NCBI GenBank assembly: GCA_028826165.1 | Contig: JAPDFW010000131.1 | Location: 62,001-126,000, forward strand | Source of the DNA: Anaeramoeba ignava BMAN | Taxonomy: Eukaryota > Protista > Anaeramoebae | Reading direction: 5' to 3' | DNA: 64,000 nucleotides | Shown: positions 1 to 14,600 of the stretch, one piece after another | Layout: each line of letters begins with the position of its first letter | Numbering within the stretch: position 1 is the first letter of the stretch | Translations under genes and position numbers: made by a program | The notes under the pieces: model-generated | The model's input: the letters and a program-made list of their open reading frames with translations, nothing else | Told to the model about the DNA's origin: nothing | The model's database searches: none

Positions 1-1
1 A

Positions 2-3000
2 AATCAAAATATCAATCGTACGAGTCCAAATCCAAATCGAAATCAAAATTTGCTTAGAAGTTCAAATTCAACTAGAAATTTAAATTCAAATAGAACTCCA
101 AATTTAAATACAAATAGAAGAAGCCCAAATTTAAATTCAAATAGAACTCCAAATTTAAATACAAATAGAACTCCAAATAAAATAAGTCCAACTAATTTAA
201 ATTCAAATAGAACTCCAAATAAAATAAGTCCAACAAATTTAAATTCAAATAGAACTCCAAATTTAAATACAAATAGAACTCCAAATAAAATAAGTCCAAC
301 TAATTTAAATTCAAATAGAACTCCAAATAAAATAAGTCCAACTAATTTAAATTCAAACAGAACTCCAAATTTAAATACAAATAGAAGAAGCCCAAATTTA
401 AATTCAAACAGAACTCCAAATTTAAATACAAATAGAACTCCAAATTTAAATACAAATAGAACTCCAAATTTAAATACAAATAGAACTCCAAATAGAATAA
501 GTCCAACTAATTTAAATTCAAATAGAACTCCAAATTTAAATTCAAATAGAAAACCAGAAATAATAAGAAATCAAAACGAAAAACAAAGTGATAATTCCTT
601 GAAAAAGTTTGGAAGTATTCATGATAAATTTCCAGGATTTTTTCAAAATCAAAATTCAAATGAAAAAACCGAACAAACAAATTCTCCAAAATGGTCTCGA
701 TTCCAAAGCAAGACATCAAATCTCCCAAAAACAAATGAAACTCAAAATGAAATTAAAAATGAAATTAAAAATGAAATTAAAAATGAAACTCAAAATGAAA
801 CTCAAAATGAAACTCAAAATGAAACCAAAAATGAAACTCAAAATGAAATTAAAAATGAAATTAAAAATGAAACTCAAAATGAAACTCAAAATGAAACTAA
901 AAATGAAAACACAAATTTCAAAAAACTCGAACCTCCAAAAACAAAACCACCAGAACTCCCATTACCAAAACCACCAGAACTTCCAAAGAGAGATATAGAT
1001 ATAGAATCAAAAAAGTTAAATCAAAATGAAACAACAAATTTAAATACAAATCCAAATAAACGACCACCATTACCAATGAGAAATCAAGATTTAGAGAAAA
1101 TGATTCCAAAAGAAATTCCAAAAGAAATTCCAAAAGAAATTCCAAAAGAAATCCCAAAAGAAATTCCAAATGAAATTCCAAAAGAAATTCCAAAAGAAAT
1201 CCCAAATGAAATTCCAAATGAAAAAAAAGATCCAAAAATTGAAACACAAAAATTACTTGAAAAAATTAAGAATAAACCAGGTCCGCCAAAAAAACCTCCA
1301 ATTTCACCACCAAGAAAAAATTCAATAAGACCACCACCTCCAGATAAAAAACCACCACCACCACCAATGGCAGAAAATCAACAAACAACTACAGATTCTG
1401 ATTCTCAAAAAAAACAAAAAGGAAACAAAAATCAAAATTTTAAAAATAATTTACAAAATGTTCTTTCAAGAGAAAAACCACTTCCAATAAAAATTGAAGA
1501 AACAGAAGTAAATAATGATAATCAAAAAAAATCTAGTCCTACTGAACCTCAAATTGAAAGCAGTAAAGATGATGATCTTATTGTAGAAGTTAAAGATGTA
1601 AAATTGTCAAAGAAAGAACTCAAACAAAAAGAAAAAGAAAATAAAAGATTGGAAAGGGAAAACAAAAAGAAAGAAAAAGAAAAAGAAAAAGAAAACAAAA
1701 GATTAGAAAAAGAAAAAGAAAAAGAAAGAAAAAGATTGGAAAAGGAAAAATCAAAACAAGAAAAAGTAAAAGTAAAAGAACCAGAAAAAGGCAAAAATCA
1801 AGAAATAGATTTAGAATCAGAATCAGAATCAGAATCAAAATCGGAAAAAGAAAAAGAAAAAGAAAAAGAAAATCAAAATCAAAATAAAAATAATAAAAAT
1901 CAAAATCAAAATCAAAAAGAATCAGAAAAGGAAAATGAATTAGATTTAAAAGAAGGTCCAGATATTGTTGATTTTTCGAAACAAACTTTCGAAATTACAA
2001 ACAAATTATATTGGAATATAAAGGATAAAATAGTATATAAAGTATCAATAATTGGAACTGAAAAAAGAAAGAAAAAAAAAAGTTACACAGTGTATAAAAT
2101 TCAATCCAAACCAGGAAATCATCTTGTTTATCATCGTTATTCCGAATTTTTTTGGTTGTGGAAAAGATTAAAGAAATTATTTCCGAATTTACCAGTTCCA
2201 CCAATTCCTCCAAAAAAGGCAACAGGAAATTTAAAGGAGGATTTTGTTGTCAAAAGAAAAGAAGGTTTGGAGATGTTTCTTAACCGTACAGCAATGCATC
2301 CCATTCTTTCAGAAGCTGGTATTTTTCTTGATTTTATTCGAATTGGTGATCCAAAGTTATGGAATAGAAAACGTCAAATGGAAAAAAGTAAAACTTCCAA
2401 ATCATTTCTTGAAAAAGTGACAGTTTCCCGAGAAGTTTCAAAAGAAGAAGTTAAAAAGAGTGTTGATCTATTTAAGCCTCATATTCAGCAATTTGAATCA
2501 GTTATTGAAAATCTTCAATCAACAATGAAACAAGTTAATTTTACTTTCAAAGAATATGGAATGTCTACTTTTCCTTTGATTGAATCTTTAGGAGATATTG
2601 CAAAAACTGGATTTGATTGGAAAGTAAAGGGTAATTCAGGTAAAGATGCACAAGAAATGGTTGATGTATTTCAGAAACTTCAGACATCTTGGCATGAATC
2701 AGTGAAATTAATTAAAGGAAAAGTGAATAATTTAATATTAAATATTTTAATATTTTAATATTTTAATATTTTAATATTTTAATATTTAATATTTTAATAT
2801 TTTAATAATTTAATATTTTAATAATTTATTATTTTAATATTTTAATAATTTAATATTTTAATATTTTAATATTTTAATATTTTAATATTTTTAATATTTT
2901 AATATTTTAATAATTTAATATTTTAATATTTTAATATTTTAATATTTTAATATTTTAATATTTAGTTTGAAGAAGAAGAAAAAGTTATTGCTAGATTTCG

Positions 3001-3342
3001 TAATTTTGGTGCTTTTGCAAGTTCTTTTGAATCTCTTATTAGTCAAGTTAATAAAAATGTTCCACAAGATAAAAAAAATGTTCAATATAATATTATTCTT
3101 ACAGAATTGGAAAATTATCGATTTCAAAGAATGGTTGAAATGAAAAAATTAATTACAGATTATATTTCTTTACAAAGAAATTTCTTTCGACAAGTAATTA
3201 AAAATAAAAATTAAAAATTAAAATTAAAATCTAAATATTTTTTATTCCAAATTTTTTAATTTAGTTAAGTGAAAATTTTAAAACTGTTGAAACAAAAGCA
3301 GTTGGTTTAAAAATTGAAAAAGGAATGAATTTGGATATTTAA
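2..3342 (+). CDS. PX-BAR sorting nexin (SNX9/18/33-like C-terminus) with long low-complexity, proline-rich N-terminus; 5' partial; exons 2-2722, 2966-3193, 3265-3342
   Basis: PX motif YTVYKI...VYHRYSEFFWLWKRL...PPIPPKK...RKEGLEMFL...HPIL. GT-AG introns 2723-2965 and 3194-3264 join to a BAR-type helix (TELENYRFQRMVEMKKLITDYISLQRNFFRQ) and stop TAA at 3340-3342. The frame is open from base 2. Confidence 0.85.
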
Positions 3343-3597
3343 AAAGAAAAGAAAAGAAAAGAAAAGAAAAATAAGATTTATTTTTTTTTTTAATCAAAAT
3401 TCTTTTTGATGAAATAATTCTTTTTTTTTGATTACTTTAATTGAGAAAAACAAACAAAAAAAGAAAAAAGAAAATTAAAAAGAAAAACCAAAATTAATGT
3501 TTTTTTAACACAAAAATTAAAAAAAAACTCAAAAAAAAACTTTTCCATTTTTTTTCTTTTCTTTTCTTTTCTTTTTTTTAATTTTTATTTTTTTGAA

Positions 3598-6500
3598 ATG
3601 GATTCATTAAAAATAGCACGAATTTTTTGGAATTTTCTTGAACCACCAAAATTTAAAACAACATTTACACTTTTATCATCAAATAAAAAATTTATAGCAA
3701 TCGGTTCAGAAGAAGGATTTATACCAATTTTACAAATAATGAAAAATGGAGAAATTTTCCCTAAATTTTTATTCATTGCTCACACAAGCAAAATAACATA
3801 TATGACTAATACATTCCATTCAATTATGCCTTCATTTGCGAGCGGTAAAAAGAACAATTTGAATGAAAAAAGCAAAAATTTATTCGTTTTTTTTTTATTC
3901 TTTTTTTTTTCAATTTCCGTTATTAATTTTATTTAGTTTCTGCTGATGGAACTTTATGTGTTTGGGCTTATGATGGAATTTGTCTTTCTCACAGTAAAAA
4001 TTTACTTTCTTGTTCTCCTACTTATATTAGTCTTCATAAAAATGATCCAAGATGTTTAATTGTTTCAGGAAAAAGAAATTTTATTGAAATTGTTGATTTA
4101 TATCGTTTGCAAGTTATTCATAAATTTTCTTATTCTGGTGGTTTAATTAATGATTTTACTTTTTTTTCTTCTTCTGGTTTGTTTTCTTTTTCAATTTCAA
4201 ATTAAAATTCATTTATAAAATTAAAATTAAAAATTAAAATTATAATTAAAATTAAAATTAAAATTAAAATCAAAATTAAAATCAAAATTAAAATTAAAAT
4301 TAAAATCAATATTAAAATCAAAATTAAAATTAAAATTAAAATTAAAATTAAAATTAAAATTAAAATTAAAATTAAAATTATAATTAAAATTAAAATTAAA
4401 ATTAAAATTATAATTAAAATTATAATTAAAATTATAATTAAAATTAAAATATAAAATTAAAATTAAAATTAAAATTAAAATTAAAATTAAAATTAAAATT
4501 AAAAATTAAAATTAAAATTAAAATTAAAATTAATTTATAAAATTAAAATCAAAATTCATTTATAAAATTAAAATTAAAATTAAAATTAAAATTAAAATTA
4601 AAATTAAAATTAAAATTAAAATTAAAATTAAAATTAAAATTAAAATTATAATTAAAATTATAATTAAAATTAAAATTAAAATTAAAATTAAAATTAAAAT
4701 TAAAATTAAAATTAAAATTAAAATTAAAATTAAAATTAAAATTAAAATTAAAATCAAAATTAAAATTAAAATCAAAATTAAAATTAAAATTAAAATTAAA
4801 ATTAAAATTAAAATTAAAATTAAAATTAAAATTAAAATTAAAATTAAAATTATAATTAAAATTAAAATTAAAATTCATTTATAAAATTCAGATGTTAACT
4901 CAAAAAGAAAAGATATCTTCATTTCTATTGGATCTAAATTAGTTATTTTTTGGGAATTTCCAAAACAGAAAAAATTACTTACTCCACAAGATGAATCTCC
5001 AAAAAAATACTATTTTCATGAAGTGAAATTAAATGAGAAACATCATCATTCAATTTCTGTTTCTCCAAATAAAACAATGATATTAATAGTGAATAACAAG
5101 AATTTTACAATTTATGATATTTCAGTTTCAAAAGTGTTAATTTCTCAAGAAATTGATCAAAATCCTTTTTTTGATTGGAGAGGAAAATTTATTACTGATA
5201 ATCACATTTGTCTTTGGAGTTCAAAAGAAGGAATATTCGATTTATTTGAAATTCAAATGCAAAAATCAAACGAAGAAGATCAAAAAAAAGTAGATATTAT
5301 GATTGAAAATTGGAAAGAAGGAAAAATATTGGAAGGAAATTTACCAAAAAATAAAAATAAAAATAAAAATAAAAATAAAATCATTTCGGAAAAACATGAT
5401 AAAGAAATTAATTTAGAAGAAAAATCACATCAATCAGTTAATAATAATAATAACAATAATAACAACATTATTATTAATGTTAATGATCATGGAAATAAAA
5501 AATTGAATAAAAATGAACAAAACGAAAATATTCAACAAGAAAAAAAGAAAAAAATTGAAACAAATCAAAATCAAAATCAAATAAATCAAAATCAAAAAAT
5601 TAATCAAAATCAAAAAATTAATCAAAATCAAAATCAAAAAATTAATCAAAATCAAAATCAAAAAATTAATCAAAATCAAAATCAAAATCAAAATCAAAAT
5701 CAAAATCAAAATCAAAATCAAAATCAAAATCAAAATGAAAATCAAAATGAAAATCAAAATGAAAAACAAAAAAACAAACAACGTATTATTCGCATAGAAT
5801 CAATCTCAATAACTGAAAAAAAAATACTTTCAATTCACAAAATTGCAACATTTAAAAATCAAGATGAAGAACAACCATTTTATTATTTTAGTTCTATAGA
5901 AGAAAAAGAACAAGAAAAAACACTATTTGTAATTTGCACAAATTTAATTGGAAAAGTGAAGTTATACAAATATAAAATCAAAATAACCGAAAACCTTGAA
6001 AATTCAAACGAATTGGAAACCAAAGAAATACTTCCGAAATCAATTAGTTCAATTTCGGATTCATGGAGCTTCAATAAAACAAATTATTTCATAACAATAA
6101 ATCATCTAATCAAGGATGAAAATGATATTCCAACGCAAATTATCGAAGGATATAATTCAGGACAGATTATAATGAAGCCAATTCCATTTGAACCATCAAG
6201 ATTACCTCACAAATTCACTCAATTTGTTGGACATTCAGATCGAATCACAGCATTATTTGCTCCCTATGATTATATCAATGAAACCGAGAAATTTTTATCA
6301 GGAATTCTTGTCTCGGCTTCTCAAGATTTATCGCTGGTATTTTGGGATCTTTCATCAGGAAATCAACTCAAAAAATTCCAACTTAGCACAGCCCCAATCA
6401 TCCAGATATTGCAAATACCTTCCTTTTCAAATCCTCACGATCAATTTTATAAAACTATTTGCGCAATTGGAAAAGATAATTTAGTTTCTATTTATTCATT

Positions 6501-8377
6501 CCAAAATTTCCGGTTCAAATATTCTTTTAGTCATCCTGATGTGATTAAAAGGCTTTTTTGGGAATCAAACAATCACTATTTAGCTGTTGAATGTGGGGAA
6601 AATACAATCTATGTCTGGAGATTGATTACTGGCCAATTGGAAAGAATTATTACAAAAGCAAATTATTCTTCTTTTCTTAATCATTTGGAAGAAGAATTTG
6701 TTGAATTTAGAACTTCTGTGAATATCAAAGAAACCAAATCAAAGAAACAAGATCTAGTTGATACTTTGACAATTCAATTCCCATCGATGAAATCTGTTGA
6801 TGGGATATTATTGAATATCGAGCAAATTGTTGAATATATCAAGAAAATTGAACGCATACCTGATCCATATGTATTGAATATTTATTAATAATTTTGAAAT
6901 GATTTAATTTTAATTTTAATTTTAATTTTAATTTTAAAAATCAAAGAATTTCCTCCGATTTATCACTTATTTTATCCCTTGGAATTTCACAGAAGAACTT
7001 GATCAAATGGTTCAAAATCACTTATCAATATTTCCTGAAATTAGTCCATCATCATTTGCATTTTTTACGAAAACCAATTCACTTTGTATTACATTTCCGA
7101 AACTTGACAAAAAACAATCCAATCTTTGCATTTCCAAAATAATGACAGCATTAGAAATATTATCAGCAGTTACATTAGGATATGGATTGATTTATTCTGA
7201 ATATGTTGAACTAGTCAAAATTGGGAATGAATTAATTACTCATTATTGCGAATTTATTCCAGAAAATTTGCAGCAATTTAAATCGCCTTCTTTTGATATT
7301 CTCTGCCGATTTGCACAGAAATCACAAAGAGAATTATGCGAATCATCTGAAATTATTATGCAAAATTGTTTTGATAAAATGGACAGTCAAAAAATCACAA
7401 AAATAGCAAAAAAATATTCGATATGGATTGAAAAAAAACTGCCATTAAGAATGAAGACGGATCTTTATATTATTTTGGGGAATATTGGATGCTCTTCACA
7501 TAAAGCAGTTGAACCAACAATTGCGAAAAAGGTTCTTATCAATTTGATAAAAACATTAAGGAAAAAGGATAAAAAAGCAATTCTTGCAGTGAAAGTAATT
7601 GGAAAAGGATTTGAGCTATGGAAAAAATTCACAAAGAATCCCGAAACAATAATCAAAGATTTGCTTTTTTTGGCAATGGATGGAGAAGGAGAATTTCAAT
7701 CAGAAACAAAGAAGAGTTTAATTACAATTGGCAAATCGAGTCCAGCTCTTTTTCTGTTTGCAATCAGAAAAGAGCTTCTTCGCCCGCAAACAACAATCCA
7801 AAATAAAACATTCTCCATTTCTTTAGTCACGCTGTTGTCGCAAGACTCAGTGCTTCATTTTTTAAATTGTCTTGAAGAATTGATCCAAATTTTCATCATT
7901 CTTGTTTTTTCAAAATCAAGTCAAGAAAACAAATTATTTTATGAATATTCTTTATCCTGTTTTAATTCAATTGTGTCTCATTTCCCAATGATTGATTATA
8001 ACAAGAAAAAATCAAGAATTGCAATTGGAAATCATGTTGGCGAATTGCTTCTTTTTGATTTTAATCAACAAGCTTCTTACAGAACAAAGATACATAAGCA
8101 TTTAATTTCTGCTTTGAAATTTAGTCCAAATGGTAAAAATCTTGCTTCTTTTTCTTTGAAAGAAAATAACGTCAAAATTTATCAAGTTTATACTTCGTTT
8201 TTTAATTCTTTCAATTTGAAAATTAAATTGACTTCAAAACATAAATCAAGTAAAACTGAAAATTTTTCTGTTGATAAACTTTGGATGTTACAAAAAATTG
8301 GGTTTAATTGGGGATCTGATAATATATTATCTTTACATATTGATAATCAGGAAATATTTAATTCAAAAATGAAATGA
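3598..8377 (+). CDS. WDR7: WD40 protein, WDR7/WDR72 (rabconnectin-3 beta)-like; exons 3598-3844, 3937-4176, 4892-6870, 6947-8377
   Basis: AHTSKITYM...SVSADGTLCVW, VGHSDRITALFAP...LVSASQDLSLVFWD, YLAVECGENTIYVW..TGQLER, C-terminal RIAIG...HKHLISALKFSPNGKNLASFS. Three GT-AG introns (3845-3936, 4177-4891, 6871-6946) join all ORFs in frame. Confidence 0.8.
4200..4890. repeat. (AAAATT)n hexamer array filling WDR7 intron 2; same family in TOR introns 9379-9693 and 10078-10387, Rab24 intron 34170-34598, Rab introns 42616-42996 and 43117-43741
   Basis: Direct reading of the tandem units. Confidence 0.92.
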
Positions 8378-8685
8378 TTAAAAAAATTTTTTGATTAAAA
8401 AAAAGAAGAATTAAATTAAAAAAAGATTTTATTTTAATCAATTGTTTTTTTTTTTTGTTTTTTTTTTTATTTTTCTTCTTTTTATTTTGATTTTCGACTT
8501 TTTTATTTTAATTTAAAAAAAAATTTTTTTTTCATTTTTTTCATTTTTTCTTTTCTTTTCTTTTCTTATTTTCATTTGTTTTTGTTTCTTCTCCATTTTA
8601 TTTTAAAATAAACCAAATTTAAAAAGAAAAGAAAAATCAAATAAAAATAATCAAAAAAATAAAAAATAAAATAATAAAAAAATAA

Positions 8686-11600
8686 ATGGATTATTTTGCT
8701 AAATTAGATTTTTATTTGAATAAACTAACAGATGAAAAAACAAATCAAATTGAAATCAATCAAACAAAGCATTCAATTCAACTTTTTATTGAGCAACAAC
8801 ATTCATTACTTTCACGTTCAAATTTTACTTCATTAATGAATATTTTGAACAAAAAAATCACAGAAATAATCAATTCATCAAATATTAAAAATCAAAAAAC
8901 AATAATTTCACTAATTAATATATTGACAAAAATTCCTGATGAAGATAACTCACTTAATTTATCTGATATGATTCCACATTTGGATTCAATTCTTGAAAAA
9001 TTTCCAAATGATTTTAATTTAATTAAAGAAACTGCCAAAATTTTAAGTAAAATTATTCAATTAATTGGAGTTTCAAAAAGTGAAGCCACACAAACAGAGT
9101 TAAAAAAGGCAATTGAATGGCTTCAGAATGAGAAAAATGAATTTAGAATATTCTCTGCTCTGCAAATTTTTAATTATTTGTCTGTGGATTTTCCTACTAT
9201 TGTTTATTCTCATCTTCAAGTTTTTTTTAATGTTTGTTGGATCGGTCTTTTACATCAAAAAATTGACATTAGAAAATCAGCTGCTGAATCTCTTCATAAT
9301 TGTATTTTGATTTTGAATTCTCGTGAACAAAGAATAAGAGAACAACTTTTTTCTCAACTTTATTCAGAAACTCAAAAAGTAATTAAAATTAATAAAATTT
9401 ATAAAATTATTAAAATTAAAATTCATTTATAAAATTAAAATTCATTTATAAAATTAAAATTAAAATTAAAATTAATATTAAAATTAAAATTAAAATTAAA
9501 ATTAAAATTAAAATTAAAATTAAAATTAAAATTTATTTATAAAATTAAAATTAAAATTAAAATTAATATTAAAATTAAAATTAAAATTAAAATTAAAATT
9601 AAAATTAAAATTAAAATTAAAATTAAAATTAAAATTAAAATTAAAATTAAAATTAAAATTAAAATTAAAATTAAAATTAAAATTCATTTTTAGAACTTCA
9701 CTCAAAAACAATTTGCTGCAATTCATGGAAGTCTTCTTGTTCTCTGTAAATTAATAATTTATTAAAAAAAATTTTGATTTAAATTTTCTAATTAAATTTT
9801 CTAATTGAATTTTTTAGATGAATTATTTGAAAATGGAGGATTATTTATGGAAACATATTTAGAAGATACAGTTAAAAAAATATTTAGATATCAAAATTTA
9901 AAATCAAGTAGTATTCATCAAGGAGTTGTAAAATTAATTCCAATTATTGCTCAATTTGCACCTGATTTTTTCAAAGAAAAATATTTGGATCAATCTATTA
10001 AATATCTTCTTAAATTAATTCAAAAAGATATTATTCCAAAAAAATTTGCATTTAAATCATTAGGAGAATTATCATTAGTTAGTGTTTTTTCCTTTTAAAA
10101 ATAATTCAAAATTAAAATTAAAATCAAAATCAAAATTAAAATTAAAATTAAAATTAAAATTAAAATTAAAATTAAAATTAAAATTAAAATTAAAATTTAT
10201 TAAAATTAAAATTAAAATTAAAATTAAAATTAAAATTAAAATTAAAATTAAAATTAAAATTAAAATTAAAATTAAAATTAAAATTAAAATTAAAATTAAA
10301 ATTAAAATTAAAATTAAAATTAAAATTAAAATTAAAATTAAAATTAAAATTAAAATTAAAATTATAATTAAAAATTCTTTTGAAAAGGTTGTAAAATATT
10401 CAATTAAACCATATCTTTTAGATATTATGAAAAAAGTTTGTATTGCAATTAATCCTACTAAGAAAAAAACATTTTGTGAAGAATCAATGCTTTGTTTAGC
10501 AAATATCTCAAAATTTTGTGATACAAGAGATGAAATGAAAAAAAGAAAAACAATTGGTATTTTTTTCATATTAAAAAAAATATTTTTATTCAAATTAATT
10601 TTATTTGATTTTTTTTTATAGATATTATTTTAGATGGACCTTTATCAGAAATTAAAATATTTGCCTTATTTTCATTTACAGAATCATTTCCTGAACTTGA
10701 AGCGGAAATAAATTGCAAATTAATTAATATTTTATCTATAATTTTAACAAATCAAATTTATGCTCCAAATAGTTTACTTTATTTACAATTTCAAGAAATT
10801 ATTAAAAATTCAGGAATTAAAAGAATTGATTTAATTTCTGAAAATCAAAAAACGGAAGAAGAACAAATTATTTTGGCTTTTAAAACAATTTCTCAACTTA
10901 ATTTTGATGATTTAATTTTACTTGATTTTGTTCAAAAAAATGTTTTTCCTTATTTTTATCATTTAAATTATAAATTCGCAAAGAATCAAGTTTAGCAACT
11001 TTACAAATAATTACAAAAAATTATTTACCTGATGATATTATTAATCCTTTTTTACAAAAATTAATATCACTTGGAATTACTGATCCTGGTAAAATAATAT
11101 TAAAATTAAAACTAAATCAAATTAATTTAAAATTAAAATTAAATCAAATTAATTTAAAATTAAAATTAAATCAAATTAATTTAAAATTAAAATTAAATCA
11201 AATTAATTTAATATTAAAATTAAATTTAAAATTAATTTAAAATTAAAATTTAATCAAATTAATTTAATATTAAAATTAAATTTAAAATTAATTTAAAATT
11301 AAAAATAAATCAAATTAATTTAAAATTAAAATTTAATCAAATTAATTTAAAATTTAAAAGAATATTTGATTAGATCAAAAATTTTAGAAGGAATTTACAA
11401 AAAATTTCCTGAAAAATTATTTAGAATTGAAAATGTTAGAAAATTATTTCTTGTATTAAATGATGAAGATCCAAAAGTTAGAATACTTGGAATAAAAATA
11501 TTAGGGAATATTGCAAAACAAAATCCAATAGATATTATTCCTGAATTAAGAGTATTTTTTATGGGACTTATTGCAGAATTTGAATATACTCAAGATGAAT

Positions 11601-14600
11601 CAACAAGAGAAGAAAGTATTGAATTATTTGGATATTTAGTGAAATCATCACCACAATTAATTGAACCATATTGTGATTCAATACTTCAATCATTTATTCC
11701 CAAAATGAAAATTTTAACTCAAGTTTCTGGAAATAAAATTTTGATACATTTACTTTCAGCAATAGGATCAGTTATTGAAGTTGGAGGAGAGAAAATGGGG
11801 AAATATTTAGAAGAATTATTACCAATAATTATTGAAATTTTTCACAGTCGAGGATCAACATCAAGAAGAGTATAAATCCAAAAATATTAAAAATATTAAA
11901 TATTAAATATTAAATATTAAAATATTAAATATTAAATATTAAAAATATTAAATATTAAATATTAAATATTAAAAATATTAAATATTAAATATTAAAAATA
12001 TTAAATATTAAATATTAAAAATATTAAATACTAAAAATATTAAATATTAAATATTAAATATTAAAAATATTAAAATATTAAATATTAAATATTAAAAATA
12101 TTAAATATTAAAAATATTAAATACTAAAAATATTAAATATTAAATATTAAAAATATTAAAATATTAAAATATTAAATATATTAAAATATTAAATATTAAA
12201 TATTAAAAATATTAAAAATATTAAATATTAAATATTAAAAATATTAAATACTAAAAATATTAAATATTAAATATTAAAAATAAAATATTAAAATATTAAA
12301 TATTAAATATTAAATATTAAATATTAAATATTAAAAATATTAAATATTAAATATTAAATATATTAAATATTAAATATTAAAAATATTAAATACTAAAAAT
12401 ATTAAATATTAAATATTAAAAATATTAAAATATTAAAAATAAAATATTAAAAATATTAAATATTATAAAATTTAGGTTGCTTTGGAAATACTCGGACAAT
12501 TAATTAGAAATACAGGATATGTTATTGAACCTTATAGAAATTACCCAAGATTGCTTCCTTTATTATTAAAATCTATCAAAAGTGATGATAATGTTCATAT
12601 CAAAAAAGAAGCTATTAAAATAATTGGAATAATCGGTGCTTTAGACCCTTTTAAATTCAAAAAAAATCTTAGAACTTTATATTCAGCAAAATTATTAAAC
12701 CAGAAAAAAAATGAACAAAAAGAAGAAAATGAAAATGAAAATGAAAAGAAAAAAACAACAGAATCAGTTAAAAATAGTTTGAAAAAAAGCAACAGTTATA
12801 TTGGACAAACATTCAAATCATCATTAAATAGAAGGCAAATACTTGGAAAAAGCATAGAGCATTCAACAAATATTCACAATTCATTTATTACAGATTCGAG
12901 CCAAAGCTTTATGTCTGATAAAGAAGATATGGGTGAAGTAAATGCTCATGAACCAAAGGAAGAAAAAGATATTCATGATATTGTGAATATTACACACTAT
13001 TTTACAAACACATCCGATCCATCAGCAACAGAAGAGCTGTATTTGAAAATCACAGTGTCTTCTATTATCAGAATTTTATCAGACTCTTCACTAAGCGCTC
13101 ATCATGGAATGGCGCTATCTTCACTCACTTTAATATTCAACTCTTTGGGTGATACTTCAACATCATTTCTTAAACAAACATTGAAAACATTCTTCAAAAT
13201 TATAAGGAAATCAAGTAGCATGTCAATTGATTTCATTTTCCAGCAGTTGTATTCCCTTGTGAATAATTTTAAATACCAAATGAAAGACTATCTTGAGGAA
13301 ATTCTTTCGTTTATTTTTGAAAATTGGTCGTCGCACTTAATGTCCTCAATTGTAAGTTTGATTCAAGAATTATCACTTGCATTTCCTGATGATGTTTCTG
13401 ATTATTTGCCAAATATCATCCCAAGATTCATCCAAGCAATCAATTTGGAAAGAATAAACAACAAAAATTTTATATCGGATATTTTCTATTGTTTCCAAAT
13501 GTTTGGCAAAAAACTGGAGGATTTTTTACAGATTGTAATCCCAGTTATTTTAAGAGTTTTTGAAGATGAAACTGAAGAAAAAAGTTTAAGAATGGTTGCA
13601 GTTCAAACACTGCGCAAAATTATATACAAAATGGACATATCAATATTTAGTTCCAGAATAATACATTCTTTTCTGAGAGTTTTGGAATCAAAAAACACTG
13701 AGCTTCAGAAACTGATTTTCCAAGTTTTGATGCAATTTACGGCTCAATTCAAAGAGATATTCAAAATTTACATTCCTTTTATAAAAACAAGGATCGAAAA
13801 CATAGAGACAAAAGAAAGTATCCAACTTTATGTATTACTTGAGGAGGTGGAAAACGAACAGGAATCTTTATTATCCTTTATGAATAATAATTCGGAAGAT
13901 AATATAAATATGTCTCTACTTCATAGACAATCAACATCAATAATTCCAATACTTGATGAAAAAATGCAGTTGAATCAATTCAATCTCAGGAAGGCATGGG
14001 AAGTCAAGCAGTGCACAACAAAAGAAGATTGGGAAGAATGGATAAGAAGGTTCGCGATCGAATTGCTTCGCGAAAGTCCTTCTTTGGCACTGCGCTCATG
14101 CTCTGCACTTGCACAAATATATTATCCACTTGCAAAAAATTTATTCAATGTTTCTTTTCTAAGTTGTTGGAATGAAATATTAGATCATCATCAAGAAAAT
14201 CTTATTGAAAATCTACATACAGCATTTTTATCACCGAATATCCCACCAGAAACACTTCAAATGCTTCTTAATTTGGCAGAATTTATGGATCATGTAAATC
14301 AACCGCTTCCGATATCCTCTTCTGTGCTTGGAAATCTCGCAAACAAATGCCAAGCATATGCCAAAGCATTGAGATATAAAGAACTTGATTTCCCAAAAAA
14401 CCCATCAGAAGCGCTTGATTCATTAGTCTCAATTTCAAGTAAATTGCACCTGCTTGATTCAGCTATGGGAGCAATCAAATATGCAAATAAATATTATAAC
14501 ATTGAGTCTGAAGAGTCTTGGTATGAAGAACTAAAACAATGGGAACATGCACTTGAAGTTTATGAAAAAAAACAATTGGAAAACCCAACGAATATGGACT

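Noticed and set aside
4549-4878. Dipeptide ORFs (NFNF, ILIL, IKIK, FINN etc.) here and at 9526, 10075, 21409, 31799, 34224, 43487, 46510-47315, 48762-49832, 56552
   Set aside because: Translations of intronic or intergenic microsatellites, or antisense to real genes.
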